Source of the DNA: Pseudomonadota bacterium
Lineage (GTDB): Bacteria > Bdellovibrionota_B > Oligoflexia > Oligoflexales > CAIMVM01
Length of the DNA stretch: 25,031 nucleotides
Assembly: GCA_037142195.1 (NCBI GenBank)
Contig: JBAXBA010000053.1
Location: 1-25,031, forward strand
Direction of reading: 5' to 3'
Below, one piece after another: positions 9,826-18,420 of the stretch (positions are counted from its first letter, which is position 1; each line of letters opens with the position of its first letter). A model generated the notes under the pieces. That model did no database searches and had not been told where the DNA came from. It saw only the letters and a program-made list of their open reading frames with translations. A program made the position numbers and the translations under genes.

Positions 9826-9954
9826 CCTTTCCTGGACGTAAATGCTGACCGATTGTCCTGGTATGGACAAGACTCCACGATATCGTAGGAGATTCCAGCT
9901 TTTGGGTGTTCTAGGATCATATCATGATTCCAGAGCTCGTAAAAAATCTAGGCT

Positions 9955-11292
9955 TCATAAACTGGCTTCTCGCTGCAAAAAGGCCAGGCTTTCTACATGG
10001 TAAGTATTGGGGAAAAAGTCTAAACATATGATTTTCTCAATTCTATAGCCGTTCTTGGTTAACCAGCCAATATCCCGCGCCAGGGTCACGGGATCGCAGC
10101 TTACATAAAGGATGGCCTTAGGATTTAACGCGATCAATGATGAGAGACCTTTAAAGAATCCCTCGCGTGGGGGATCTAATAGGATCACGTCGAAGTCCGT
10201 GGGTGGCACTGCACTTGGGGATCCAGTCTGCTCTCCTGCCCCCGCTTTTTTTTGTTTCGCCAATTGATCCAGGTAGGCCACCGCATCACGTGCGACCCAA
10301 TGGGTATTCCCTAGCTCATTTTTAGCAGCCGATGCCTTCGCATTCTTGATGGATTTTGGGTTGAGTTCCACACCGGCGACGTAGTCACTTCCCTTTGCCA
10401 AGGGGAGCGACAAATTGCCACTACCACAAAATACATCCAAGATGCGTTTCCAGCCTTGTTTCTGGGCATAGGCCAAAACATGGCGTCTCAGATGGCGGTT
10501 GTGGGGCACATTGATCTGCTGAAACTGCCCCGGAGTCGCCACAAAATCGATTCCGAGATCCGACTCAAAGATTTGAGGTGAGGCCGATTCCAGTTCAAAA
10601 ACGCTACCTGCCCATGAAACTAGCGGATGACTTTTTACACGCTCCAAAAGAGCTTTTAAATCTTGAGATTTTCCTTTTGTGGGAAAAACAGTAATCCAAA
10701 GATTTTGGGGGGTGTTGGTCTGGATTTCTTGAATTTCCAGCCGAAAGCTTTCCCCACGATTTTCGGGCAACTTGAGCTCGGCGACAAAGGCTAAAAAAGT
10801 ATTAAGGGAAGGGGATGCTAAGTCGCACTTTTTGATCGCAACCAACTCACGGGTTTCCCCTTTAAAGTACCCCATAGAGACCGCGCCCTTTGAGTCCACA
10901 TGTACCCGAACTAACACGCGGGAACGATAGTTCCAACGATGGGGAGAAGCCTCGATGGTGAGCTCCTCCACCTTTATTTTTCCCACTCGCTGCAATGAGT
11001 CCGCTAGAAAAGACTTCTTCCATTCCAGCTGCGTCTCATAAGGAATATCCTGCCATTGACAGCCCCCGCATTGACCAAAAACGGGACAAGGAGGCTTTTC
11101 AGAACGCAAAGGGGATCTGGTGAGGAAAAGTTCTACCTCCCCTTCGCCAAAATGCTCTTTCGATTCCAAAGGCCTTACACGCACGACATCTCCAGGCACG
11201 GTTCCTTTGACAAACCACACCTTACCTGCCACACGCGCAATCCCCTTGCCACCAAAGGCAACGGAAGTTATTTCTGCATCAAAATTCATCAC
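9955..11292 (-). CDS. rlmD: 23S rRNA (uracil-C5)-methyltransferase, RlmD/RumA family
   Basis: N-terminal TRAM domain, CPVFGQCGGCQWQ Fe-S motif, FQQIN, LDVFCGSG, DPPREG, YVSCDPVTLARD and DFFPNTYHVE. Confidence 0.9.
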   Translation of the reverse strand: MMNFDAEITSVAFGGKGIARVAGKVWFVKGTVPGDVVRVRPLESKEHFGEGEVELFLTRSPLRSEKPPCPVFGQCGGCQWQDIPYETQLEWKKSFLADSLQRVGKIKVEELTIEASPHRWNYRSRVLVRVHVDSKGAVSMGYFKGETRELVAIKKCDLASPSLNTFLAFVAELKLPENRGESFRLEIQEIQTNTPQNLWITVFPTKGKSQDLKALLERVKSHPLVSWAGSVFELESASPQIFESDLGIDFVATPGQFQQINVPHNRHLRRHVLAYAQKQGWKRILDVFCGSGNLSLPLAKGSDYVAGVELNPKSIKNAKASAAKNELGNTHWVARDAVAYLDQLAKQKKAGAGEQTGSPSAVPPTDFDVILLDPPREGFFKGLSSLIALNPKAILYVSCDPVTLARDIGWLTKNGYRIEKIICLDFFPNTYHVESLAFLQREASL

Positions 11293-11759
11293 CTTCCCCT
11301 CGTGGATTTGTGGTTTACCCTAGTGAGAAGCGCCTAGACAAGGTTTTAATTGGGTATAGAGACTTTTCTATTTGTCCGATCCCGGATCAGAGTGACTCGA
11401 AATTTTTAATAATGTTAGGAGTTACTGATAATTAAATCGTGTTCAAAAATAAACAGCACCTGTTTATGCCAGTCCCATCTCCTTCAGTGGATTACTTTTT
11501 TGCTCGAAGACGGTCTCCCAATTCCTAAGAACTCCATTGTCAGAGGACCACAAAAAGCATGGAAAGGTTGCGGACCCCTCAGAAATGCCGCTAAAGCAGT
11601 AAATAGTAATGGCTTTAGAGTTCTAATGTGGGCTATCATGAAGCGAAAGGACTATTTTTACTGCTTTAACAGAAAAATATGACAGGTTGTGTAGCAATGA
11701 GGTGTTTTTTAATGTAGAATATCAATATTTACCGCTAAACCAGTCTATTTGAGGGTTTT

Positions 11760-12056
11760 ATGTCGCAGTCTAGTCAGCAGCCGCCTGGATCCGATCAAGT
11801 GCCTTTGACTCTCGAGCAACTCGGGCGCGTCATTAAGTTTCACCGCGGCAAAGCAGGTCTGACTCAGGTCCAGCTGGCTAGGCTTGCGGGAATTGGGAAG
11901 ACGGCTGTGTTTGACATGGAAAATGGAAAGAAATCAGCGCGCATTGATACGATATTAAATATTTTTTCCGTGCTGAATGTAAGGCTTTTAATGGTAAGTC
12001 CGCTTATGGCGCTTTTTAATGGGCTTGATGAGAAGGAGTCACATGCGCAAAGCTAA
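11760..12056 (+). CDS. hipB: XRE-family HTH regulator, HipB-like
   Basis: LTQVQLARLAGIGKTAVFDMENGK helix-turn-helix; first gene of the hipBST-like triplet. Confidence 0.85.
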   Translation: MSQSSQQPPGSDQVPLTLEQLGRVIKFHRGKAGLTQVQLARLAGIGKTAVFDMENGKKSARIDTILNIFSVLNVRLLMVSPLMALFNGLDEKESHAQS

Positions 12057-12363
12057 AGTCTACATGCACGGTAGGGAAGCAGGGCTGCTCGAGGAGCTGC
12101 TTCCAGGGAAAGCCTACAGATTTGAATATATGGCTCACTATCGTGGAGATCCCATTTCCTTGGTGATGCCCCTTTCGCAGAAGACATATGAATTTGCGGA
12201 TTTTCCGCCTTTTTTTGAAGGGCTGCTTCCAGAAGGCTTACAGCTAGAGGGAATGCTGCGTCGACTCAAAATTGACAGGAATGATTTATTTAAGCAACTC
12301 ATAACAACGGGAGCCGACTTTGTAGGGGCGATCACTGTTGAGGAAGTGACCGAAGATGCGTAA
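12043..12363 (+). CDS. hipS: Stand-alone HipA N-terminal domain protein (HipS-like antitoxin)
   Basis: YRFEY, ISLVMPL, PPFFEGLLPEG and DFVGAI motifs. ATG 12043 follows AAGGAG; overlaps hipB and hipT. Confidence 0.85.
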   Translation: MRKAKVYMHGREAGLLEELLPGKAYRFEYMAHYRGDPISLVMPLSQKTYEFADFPPFFEGLLPEGLQLEGMLRRLKIDRNDLFKQLITTGADFVGAITVEEVTEDA

Positions 12364-13276
12364 ATGCCTTCTCACATATAATCCTTGTGCAACAGATTAT
12401 TCCAAAGAAGGCCTGCGCAGTCTATCGCCGAAGCTGACGACCCTTCATCCCATGCCCTTTACTGCCGAGGAGCTGCGCCTGGAAGCGTCCCAGCGCGCTG
12501 GGAGGATGTCCATCCAAGGGGTACAGGCAAAATTGAGCGCAATACTTGAGCCTAGCAAAAACCAACTATCCCTCGTGGATGCTGGAGGCCGCTATATCTT
12601 AAAGCCTCAATCGGCTCTATTCTCAGAGTTGCCTCAGAACGAGGATTTGACAATGCATCTTGCGAGGTTAGTGGGAATTGAGACTCCTGTTCATGGGCTC
12701 GTCTATTCAAAAGATCAAAGTTTAAATTATTTCATTAAGAGATTTGATAGACACGGTCATTCCAGTAAGTGGGCCGTTGAGGACTTTGCGCAACTTGCCC
12801 AAATGACGCGAGATACAAAATATGATTTTAGCATGGAAAAGCTCGTGGGAATCCTCGACCTCTGTACGTTTCCGCTTATTGAAAGGCAAAAGCTACTGAC
12901 TCGGGTAATTTTTAATTACCTCATCGGTAATGAAGATATGCATTTGAAAAATTACTCGCTCATAACCCGCAACAAGCTGGTAGAACTGGCTCCTGCCTAT
13001 GACTTTCTTAATTCCAGTATTGTTTTGAAGAATCCTGTGGAAATCGCATTACCTATTGCGGGCAGGCAAAAAAATCTTACGCGTGAAAATCTCTTAAACT
13101 ATTTTGCTCGTGAAAGAATGCTACTAAATCAGAAAGCTGTGGATGATGTCATGAGTCGCTTTCAAGGCGTCATTCCACAATGGAAAGTCTGGATCGAAAA
13201 AAGCTTCCTATCGGCCCCGCTACGCGCGTCATATAAGGACCTATTAGAAAAACGCAGTGAGGCGTTGGGCCTTTGA
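12356..13276 (+). CDS. hipT: HipA-family Ser/Thr kinase toxin lacking the N-terminal domain (HipT-like)
   Basis: MSIQGVQAKLS Gly-rich loop, YILKP, NEDLTM, IKRFDR, EDFAQL, GNEDMHLKN catalytic loop and LAPAYD. Confidence 0.9.
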   Translation: MRKCLLTYNPCATDYSKEGLRSLSPKLTTLHPMPFTAEELRLEASQRAGRMSIQGVQAKLSAILEPSKNQLSLVDAGGRYILKPQSALFSELPQNEDLTMHLARLVGIETPVHGLVYSKDQSLNYFIKRFDRHGHSSKWAVEDFAQLAQMTRDTKYDFSMEKLVGILDLCTFPLIERQKLLTRVIFNYLIGNEDMHLKNYSLITRNKLVELAPAYDFLNSSIVLKNPVEIALPIAGRQKNLTRENLLNYFARERMLLNQKAVDDVMSRFQGVIPQWKVWIEKSFLSAPLRASYKDLLEKRSEALGL

Positions 13277-13355
13277 TATCTCGGAAGCTTATTGCGTCTG
13301 CGACGGAGCTGCTCGATTTAGCCGCAGCAGCCTATAGGAATCCAGTAAAGTTTAC

Positions 13356-13453
13356 GCTACAACCTGCCGCCCCCCCATCAATCCCTTCGCTCAAATTACA
13401 GCGGAATATTCGGTCGAAGTATTGTAATTTATATCGACAAAGCGCAGGTTAGC
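13356..13453. other. Imperfect hairpin of about 98 nt between hipT and ubiD
   Basis: Outer arms GCT[AC]AACCTGC[C]GC / GCGCAGGTTAGC; inner arms AAATTACA (13393-13400) / TGTAATTT (13423-13430). Confidence 0.5.
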
Positions 13454-13506
13454 TTTCTCGGTGCCATATGATATTTGAGGCATAAGAAGGAAAAGAAGGA
13501 GTCGTT

Positions 13507-15312
13507 TTGCTCTATAAAAGCACCCAAGACGCAGTTAAAGACCTAGAGTCCACAGGTCAACTCATCAGAATTAAAGAGGAAGTCTCACCTGATGGGGTTA
13601 TGGCTGAGATTCAAAGGCAGGCTTATAGCCGAGGCCTCGGGGCTGTGCTTTTTGAAAACGTCAAAGGGAGCCCTTTTCCAGCGGTATCCAATCTCTATGG
13701 AACCCATGCTCGAACAGAACACTTGTTTCGCAAAACTCTACCCGGGATCATGGGGATTTTTGCCTTGAAAACCAATCCCTGGAAGGTCCTAAAAAGCATC
13801 TCGTTTGTGCGCACTTTTAAGACTCTCTTCCACGCACTCCCCCTACCAACCCTGTTTCGAAGCCCTTCGATGTGGGGGGAATGCAAACTCAGTGATCTTC
13901 CCCAAATCAAAAGTTGGCCCAAGGATGGCGGCGCTTTTGTGACCCTACCCCAAGTGTTTTCCGAAAACCCAGGCCAACCTGGAATTTGGGCTTCCAATCT
14001 CGGCATGTACCGCATTCAAATAAGCGGGGGAAGTTATGTGCCGGAAAAAGAAGTGGGCCTGCATTATCAAATTCATCGCGGCATTGGCATCCATCACACA
14101 GCTGCTCTGAATGCAAAGCTACCTTTGAAGGTCGCGATTTGGGTAGGAGGACCGCCTGCCCATGCCTTTGCAGCTGTAATGCCGCTTCCTGAAGGAATGA
14201 GTGAGCTGATGTTTGCAGGCATGTTTGCCGGAAGAAATTTTAGATATAAAAGATGGAATGGCTACGTCATTTCTTCCGATGCGGATTTTTGTATTCTGGG
14301 TGAGCTGGAAATGTCAGGCCTCAAGCCGGAAGGACCCTTTGGAGACCACTTAGGTTACTACAGCTTAAAGCATGACTTTCCCTATTTAAAAGTCGAGAAA
14401 GTTTTTCACCGAAAAAATGCTATTTGGCCCTTTACCGTCGTAGGTCGTCCTCCCCAAGAAGATACAAGCTTTGGCCATCTCATACATAAGGTCACTCAGT
14501 CCCTTGTCCCAAGCGAAATCCCTGGTGTAAAAGCCCTACACGCGGTCGATGAAGCGGGTGTTCATCCTTTGCTTTTGGCCATCGGTTCGGAGCGTTACAC
14601 CCCATTTGCCGAACGCCGCCCCATGGAACTTCACACCATTGCCCATCGCATCTTAGGTTTTGGTCAGTGCTCCCTTGCTAAATATCTATTTTTAGTTGCG
14701 GGCGAAGACGAGCCCCATCTTGATGTGTCTGATGTTTCCAGTTTCTTTCAACACTTTTTGGAACGAATAGACCTGGAAAACGATCTCCATTTTGAAACAC
14801 GAACGACCATAGACACCCTCGACTACTCAGGGGAAGGGCTCAATCGAGGATCTAAACTCTTTATAACCGCCTGTGGCAAGAAGAGACGGAAACTGATTTC
14901 AGATGCGAGTTCTATCCAAGTATCAGGTGCCTTCAAGGAACCAAAGTGCCTCCTACCAGGAGTTCTTTTGATCCAAGGGCCGGCTTTTGAGGACTCAAGT
15001 CGAGGCCAAGTTTTTGAAGATTTATCTACCCAGCTTCAAGCTCAAATCGCCGGATTTCCATTAATAGTTTTGGTAGACGACTCCCCCTTTGCTTCAGAAT
15101 CCTTGGCTAACTTTCTCTGGGTGACCTTTACCCGCTCCAATCCCAGTTTGGATGTCTACGGCGTGGAAGGAAAGATCATCGACAAACACTTTAGCGCCGG
15201 TAAAGCTATGGTGATTGATGCGAGAATCAAACCCCACCATGCTCCAGCTCTTGAAGTCTCCCCGGAAGTTTCTCGTTTAGCTGCAGAAATACTGTCCCGA
15301 AGTCTTGGTTAA
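13507..15312 (+). CDS. UbiD-family prFMN-dependent decarboxylase (long form, possibly menaquinone-pathway MqnL-like)
   Basis: WPKDGGAFVTLP, NLGMYRIQ, EGPFGDHLGYYS, TVVGRPPQED, DTLDYS and IDARIKP. TTG start after AAGGAG. Confidence 0.9.
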   Translation: MLYKSTQDAVKDLESTGQLIRIKEEVSPDGVMAEIQRQAYSRGLGAVLFENVKGSPFPAVSNLYGTHARTEHLFRKTLPGIMGIFALKTNPWKVLKSISFVRTFKTLFHALPLPTLFRSPSMWGECKLSDLPQIKSWPKDGGAFVTLPQVFSENPGQPGIWASNLGMYRIQISGGSYVPEKEVGLHYQIHRGIGIHHTAALNAKLPLKVAIWVGGPPAHAFAAVMPLPEGMSELMFAGMFAGRNFRYKRWNGYVISSDADFCILGELEMSGLKPEGPFGDHLGYYSLKHDFPYLKVEKVFHRKNAIWPFTVVGRPPQEDTSFGHLIHKVTQSLVPSEIPGVKALHAVDEAGVHPLLLAIGSERYTPFAERRPMELHTIAHRILGFGQCSLAKYLFLVAGEDEPHLDVSDVSSFFQHFLERIDLENDLHFETRTTIDTLDYSGEGLNRGSKLFITACGKKRRKLISDASSIQVSGAFKEPKCLLPGVLLIQGPAFEDSSRGQVFEDLSTQLQAQIAGFPLIVLVDDSPFASESLANFLWVTFTRSNPSLDVYGVEGKIIDKHFSAGKAMVIDARIKPHHAPALEVSPEVSRLAAEILSRSLG

Positions 15313-15746
15313 CAAAGCGGGAGCCCTCGGAATTCTCTAGAAGTCTGTACACCTTATTTCTTTAGACACGCACCACTGGAGCAGTCTTTCGACTACCGAT
15401 ACCAAGTTGGTTTGTTCTCTTAATTTCATGAATCATTCGGGGCGCTTTACGCTTACCGCTGGCTTTTTTCCTACAATCTTTCATGAAATCAGGTGGCTCA
15501 ATCTGAGTGAAGACCAGCAAGTGGGGGAGTCTAAAGGGAAAGGGAAAGAAAAAGGCAAAATAAAAGTGGATTAATTTTAAGCGTAAGTTAGTTCAGGATT
15601 TTATAAGGCGCGATATCTAATTAATTTTACTTTACACTGTTATGAGACAGCGCAGGGCAAAGAGTCGCATTCTGCAGTTTTGGATGAGATTCAGTAAAAT
15701 CTATTTCAAATGAGATTAAAAAAACTTGACGAGACTCAATACTTCA

Positions 15747-15770
15747 ATATTGGTAGCCATGTACCAATAT
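15747..15770. promoter_or_regulatory. Palindromic operator upstream of the DUF6516/HVO_A0114 TA pair
   Basis: Perfect 9-bp arms ATATTGGTA-GCCATG-TACCAATAT overlapping ATG 15769. TTGACG at 15726-15731. Confidence 0.6.
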
Positions 15771-16073
15771 GAGTGACCCGATATAAAAGCTAACCTCAAA
15801 TTTTTCTCTAAAAACAGGATTCTGGGTCGGTATATAGTTGAGCTTTCGATCTATGAAGTAGGCAAATCAAAAATTTATCCTTTCGGTATTAAGTAGGGAT
15901 TGCTTTACAAGGATTTGAAGACAGGATCCTAAGTCCTCATGGACAACCATCACCAAAAGGTCCGCATGTTCACGTGAACGATCGAGAGTTCTTATATAAA
16001 TACGTTAATGACGACCTACAATTTGTAGGATTTCAAAAAACGCGTACTGAACGAATTAGGAGTGAAGCTATAA
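15769..16073 (+). pseudogene. DUF6516 (TumE-like) toxin pseudogene
   Basis: Reconstructed as IKANLKFFSKNRILGRYIVELSIYEVGKSKIYPFGIK*GLLYKDLKTGS*VLMDNHH/KGPHVHVNDREFLYKYVNDD/DFKKRVLNELGVKL*. Stops TAG 15894 and TAA 15930; frameshifts near 15954 and about 16020; no in-frame ATG. Confidence 0.8.
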
Positions 16074-16438
16074 AAAAGTTAATTGTTTCCATCAAGTCTT
16101 CTAGTGAAAGTCTATCTGACTTCAAGAAGTCATTGAAAAAAAAGCGCAAAGGAAAACTGAAAGGGGATCAGTATGAGTTATCATTTGATAACAAGAAAGA
16201 TTTTAATCGCTTCGTTAAGAACTTGGGGCTCTTGGCCGCGATTCTGAATCATCGACCTAAATCTATTTATGAATTGGCTAAACTCTTGAGTATGGATGTG
16301 TGCAATTTGATTAAGTTCATTGATTTTTTTGAGACTGTCGGAGCCATCAAGATCAAATCTAAAACTGTATCTGGTCGGGAGGTAAAGTTGCCCATAGTTG
16401 AGTACGAACAGATAGAGTTTGATCTGAAGGTTGCTTAG
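16070..16438 (+). CDS. HVO_A0114-like winged-helix DNA-binding protein (TumA-like antitoxin); start codon apparently mutated to ATA
   Basis: PKSIYELAKLL...D..NL, GAI and GREVKLPIVEYEQIEF motifs. AGGAG (16058-16062) precedes ATA AAA AAG TTA at 16070. The ORF-track N-terminus (15974-16069) is toxin remnant. Confidence 0.75.
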   Translation: MKKLIVSIKSSSESLSDFKKSLKKKRKGKLKGDQYELSFDNKKDFNRFVKNLGLLAAILNHRPKSIYELAKLLSMDVCNLIKFIDFFETVGAIKIKSKTVSGREVKLPIVEYEQIEFDLKVA

Positions 16439-16805
16439 GTCCATTTGCGGAGTATATGCTCAGAGAATTATAGATAAAACTGTGCGATTCTTCCTCAAAA
16501 AAGGTTTACAATTTATGAGACTGGCGCACTGCGGAATTTTAGGGATATATCGATTGAAATCTTCATGGAGATGAAAAATCCCCCAACAATTAGTTTTTTA
16601 TCGCCATAAAAATTAAATCAACAGTTGCCCCACGGAACGAAAATTCGCACACTGCTCAAACAAAACTCATGAACTGATGCTGGCCCGCAAAGCCAGCAGA
16701 GATTTCAATATGGATCAGCGCTGGTTGATTTAATAAGAATAATTGCTTAATCTTTCCCAAAAAGGGTATTCATCTTAAACGATAGCAAAATGAGAACTAT
16801 CAGCC

Positions 16806-17111
16806 ATGAGTATATCTCGAGATTTTAAGGACAAAATAGCTCAATTCACGGTTGATGATCTAGATCGGATGGTGCGGATGGGGTGGGAGGATCGTTCTAC
16901 ATTTGAAGATATCGAGATTCCATTTGGATTGGGTGAAAATGAATTTGTAAGATTTATGAGAACCCAGCTTTCAGCTTCCGCATTCACAACATGGCGAAAA
17001 CGTGTTCACAATCAGGGTCAACCTAAGCATAAATTAAAGCGAGGCTTTAAAACAACACGTTTTAAAGCGACCGGACAATCTATTGAAGGCTTCACCAGGC
17101 GAAGGAAGTAG
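16806..17111 (+). CDS. DUF2805 / TIGR03643 family protein
   Basis: DRMVRMGWEDRSTFEDI...FGL.E.E....MR..L...AF..WRKRV...KH pattern; the family typically lies near photolyase genes. Confidence 0.85.
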   Translation: MSISRDFKDKIAQFTVDDLDRMVRMGWEDRSTFEDIEIPFGLGENEFVRFMRTQLSASAFTTWRKRVHNQGQPKHKLKRGFKTTRFKATGQSIEGFTRRRK

Positions 17112-17116
17112 GCAGA

Positions 17117-18070
17117 ATGGAGCTCCAAGACCTATTAATTGTTGGCGCGGGTTTAACAGGGTTAAGCTGTGCGCACAGCCTTTCCACCTCTGGAAAATAT
17201 TTGAGAATTCAAATATTTGAAAAATCAAATGGTTGTGGTGGACGTATGGCTACTCGAAGAGTAGGCGAATCTAAATTTGATCACGGCGCACAATTTATAA
17301 AAGCGAGCAAAGAATCAAGCAAGCTGATTGATCTTTGGCAGGAATCAAAGGTTGCTTGTAATTTTCCTTCTGAAAATTTTGAGGCTATCTGTGGCCAATC
17401 GGGAATGACGCAGTTAGCCAAAATCATCGCAGCCAAATTGAACATTAAATACAACTCAAAAGTGATTCGATTAGAAAAAAGACTTCCTTATTGGCTGGTT
17501 TTTTTGGAGCAAGGAGAGCCGCTACTAGCCGAAAAAATTATTCTTACGTGTCCACTACCCCAATCCGTTCAGATTCTAAGGCAGTCCCATATAGACTTCG
17601 ATCAAAAATTGACTGGAATCCGCTACCACTCGTCTATTGTTATTTTGGCAGGATTCGATTCTAGTCTTGATTCAGAAATGAACTATAGAGAAAACTTGAA
17701 TGGAGATATCTTTTCGATTTGTTCACAGAAGGCTAAAGGCCTATCCGTTCAAGCTGATTACACCATTGTTATGCAACATTTATGGAGTGCAAATCATTTC
17801 GATAAATCTGATGATGAAATTTGTTGGGCTATTGAAAAATTATTGAATAAATTATTCCCCAAATCAGGCGTCTTAAATCTGATTGTGAAAAAGTGGCGCT
17901 TTGCATCACCCGAAGACACCTGGGAAAGGCTCTACGAAAATGTTGCGAATGGACTATACCTAGCGGGAGACGCGTTTGGTGGGCCCAGTCTAAATGGGGC
18001 TCTCAGAAGTTCCAATCATTTATCGGATCACCTCAAATCAGCAGCTGATCCTTTCGAGAGTGAAAATTGA
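17117..18070 (+). CDS. Renalase-like NAD(P)/FAD-dependent oxidoreductase (COG3380)
   Basis: IVGAGLTGL, FEKS.G.GGRMATRR, FDHGAQF, KKWRFA and AGDAFGG...GALRS. Confidence 0.88.
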   Translation: MELQDLLIVGAGLTGLSCAHSLSTSGKYLRIQIFEKSNGCGGRMATRRVGESKFDHGAQFIKASKESSKLIDLWQESKVACNFPSENFEAICGQSGMTQLAKIIAAKLNIKYNSKVIRLEKRLPYWLVFLEQGEPLLAEKIILTCPLPQSVQILRQSHIDFDQKLTGIRYHSSIVILAGFDSSLDSEMNYRENLNGDIFSICSQKAKGLSVQADYTIVMQHLWSANHFDKSDDEICWAIEKLLNKLFPKSGVLNLIVKKWRFASPEDTWERLYENVANGLYLAGDAFGGPSLNGALRSSNHLSDHLKSAADPFESEN

Positions 18071-18420
18071 AGATTTGTGATAGCTGCGGCAGAATTATTG
18101 AACCTCGAAAGAAATGGGCTAAAAATTGGGATCAAGTAAAGTATTGCAGTGACCGTTGCCGCAAACATAAGCACAAGGACCTTTACGAGGAAAAAATTAT
18201 CGCGCTGCTGGTATCTTGTAGCTACAGTAAGACCATTTGTCCCTCCGAAGTGCTTTTTGAGTCAGAGAAAAAAGATAAATCCGTCATGGAAAAGGCGCGA
18301 TCCGCGGCGAGGCGTTTGGCCGCAAAGGATAAAATAATTATTTTAAAGGATGGAATTCAAGTGGATCCCTCCAAAGCTAAGGGACCCATTCGCCTTAAAC
18401 TTATTCGAAAGATGATATAG
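18067..18420 (+). CDS. DUF2256 + DUF3253 fusion protein (Zn-finger-like N-terminus, winged-helix-like C-terminus)
   Basis: KICDSCGR...RKKWAKNWDQVKYCSDRCR (DUF2256); TICPSEV...RSAARRL...VDPSKAKGPIRL (DUF3253). TTGA start/stop overlap with the upstream gene. Confidence 0.85.
   Translation: MKICDSCGRIIEPRKKWAKNWDQVKYCSDRCRKHKHKDLYEEKIIALLVSCSYSKTICPSEVLFESEKKDKSVMEKARSAARRLAAKDKIIILKDGIQVDPSKAKGPIRLKLIRKMI

Noticed and set aside
11421..11448. dif-like site GTTACTGATAA-TTAAAT-CGTGTTCAAAA
   Set aside because: The XerD arm deviates too much from TTATGTTAAAT.
15306..15420. attC-like start GGTTAACAAAGC at the ubiD stop
   Set aside because: No matching GTTRRRY box or extended complementary arm, and no integron integrase.
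15974..16069. ORF-track N-terminus of the 154-aa protein as a native domain
   Set aside because: It is the frameshifted tail of the DUF6516 pseudogene; the SD lies at 16058-16062.
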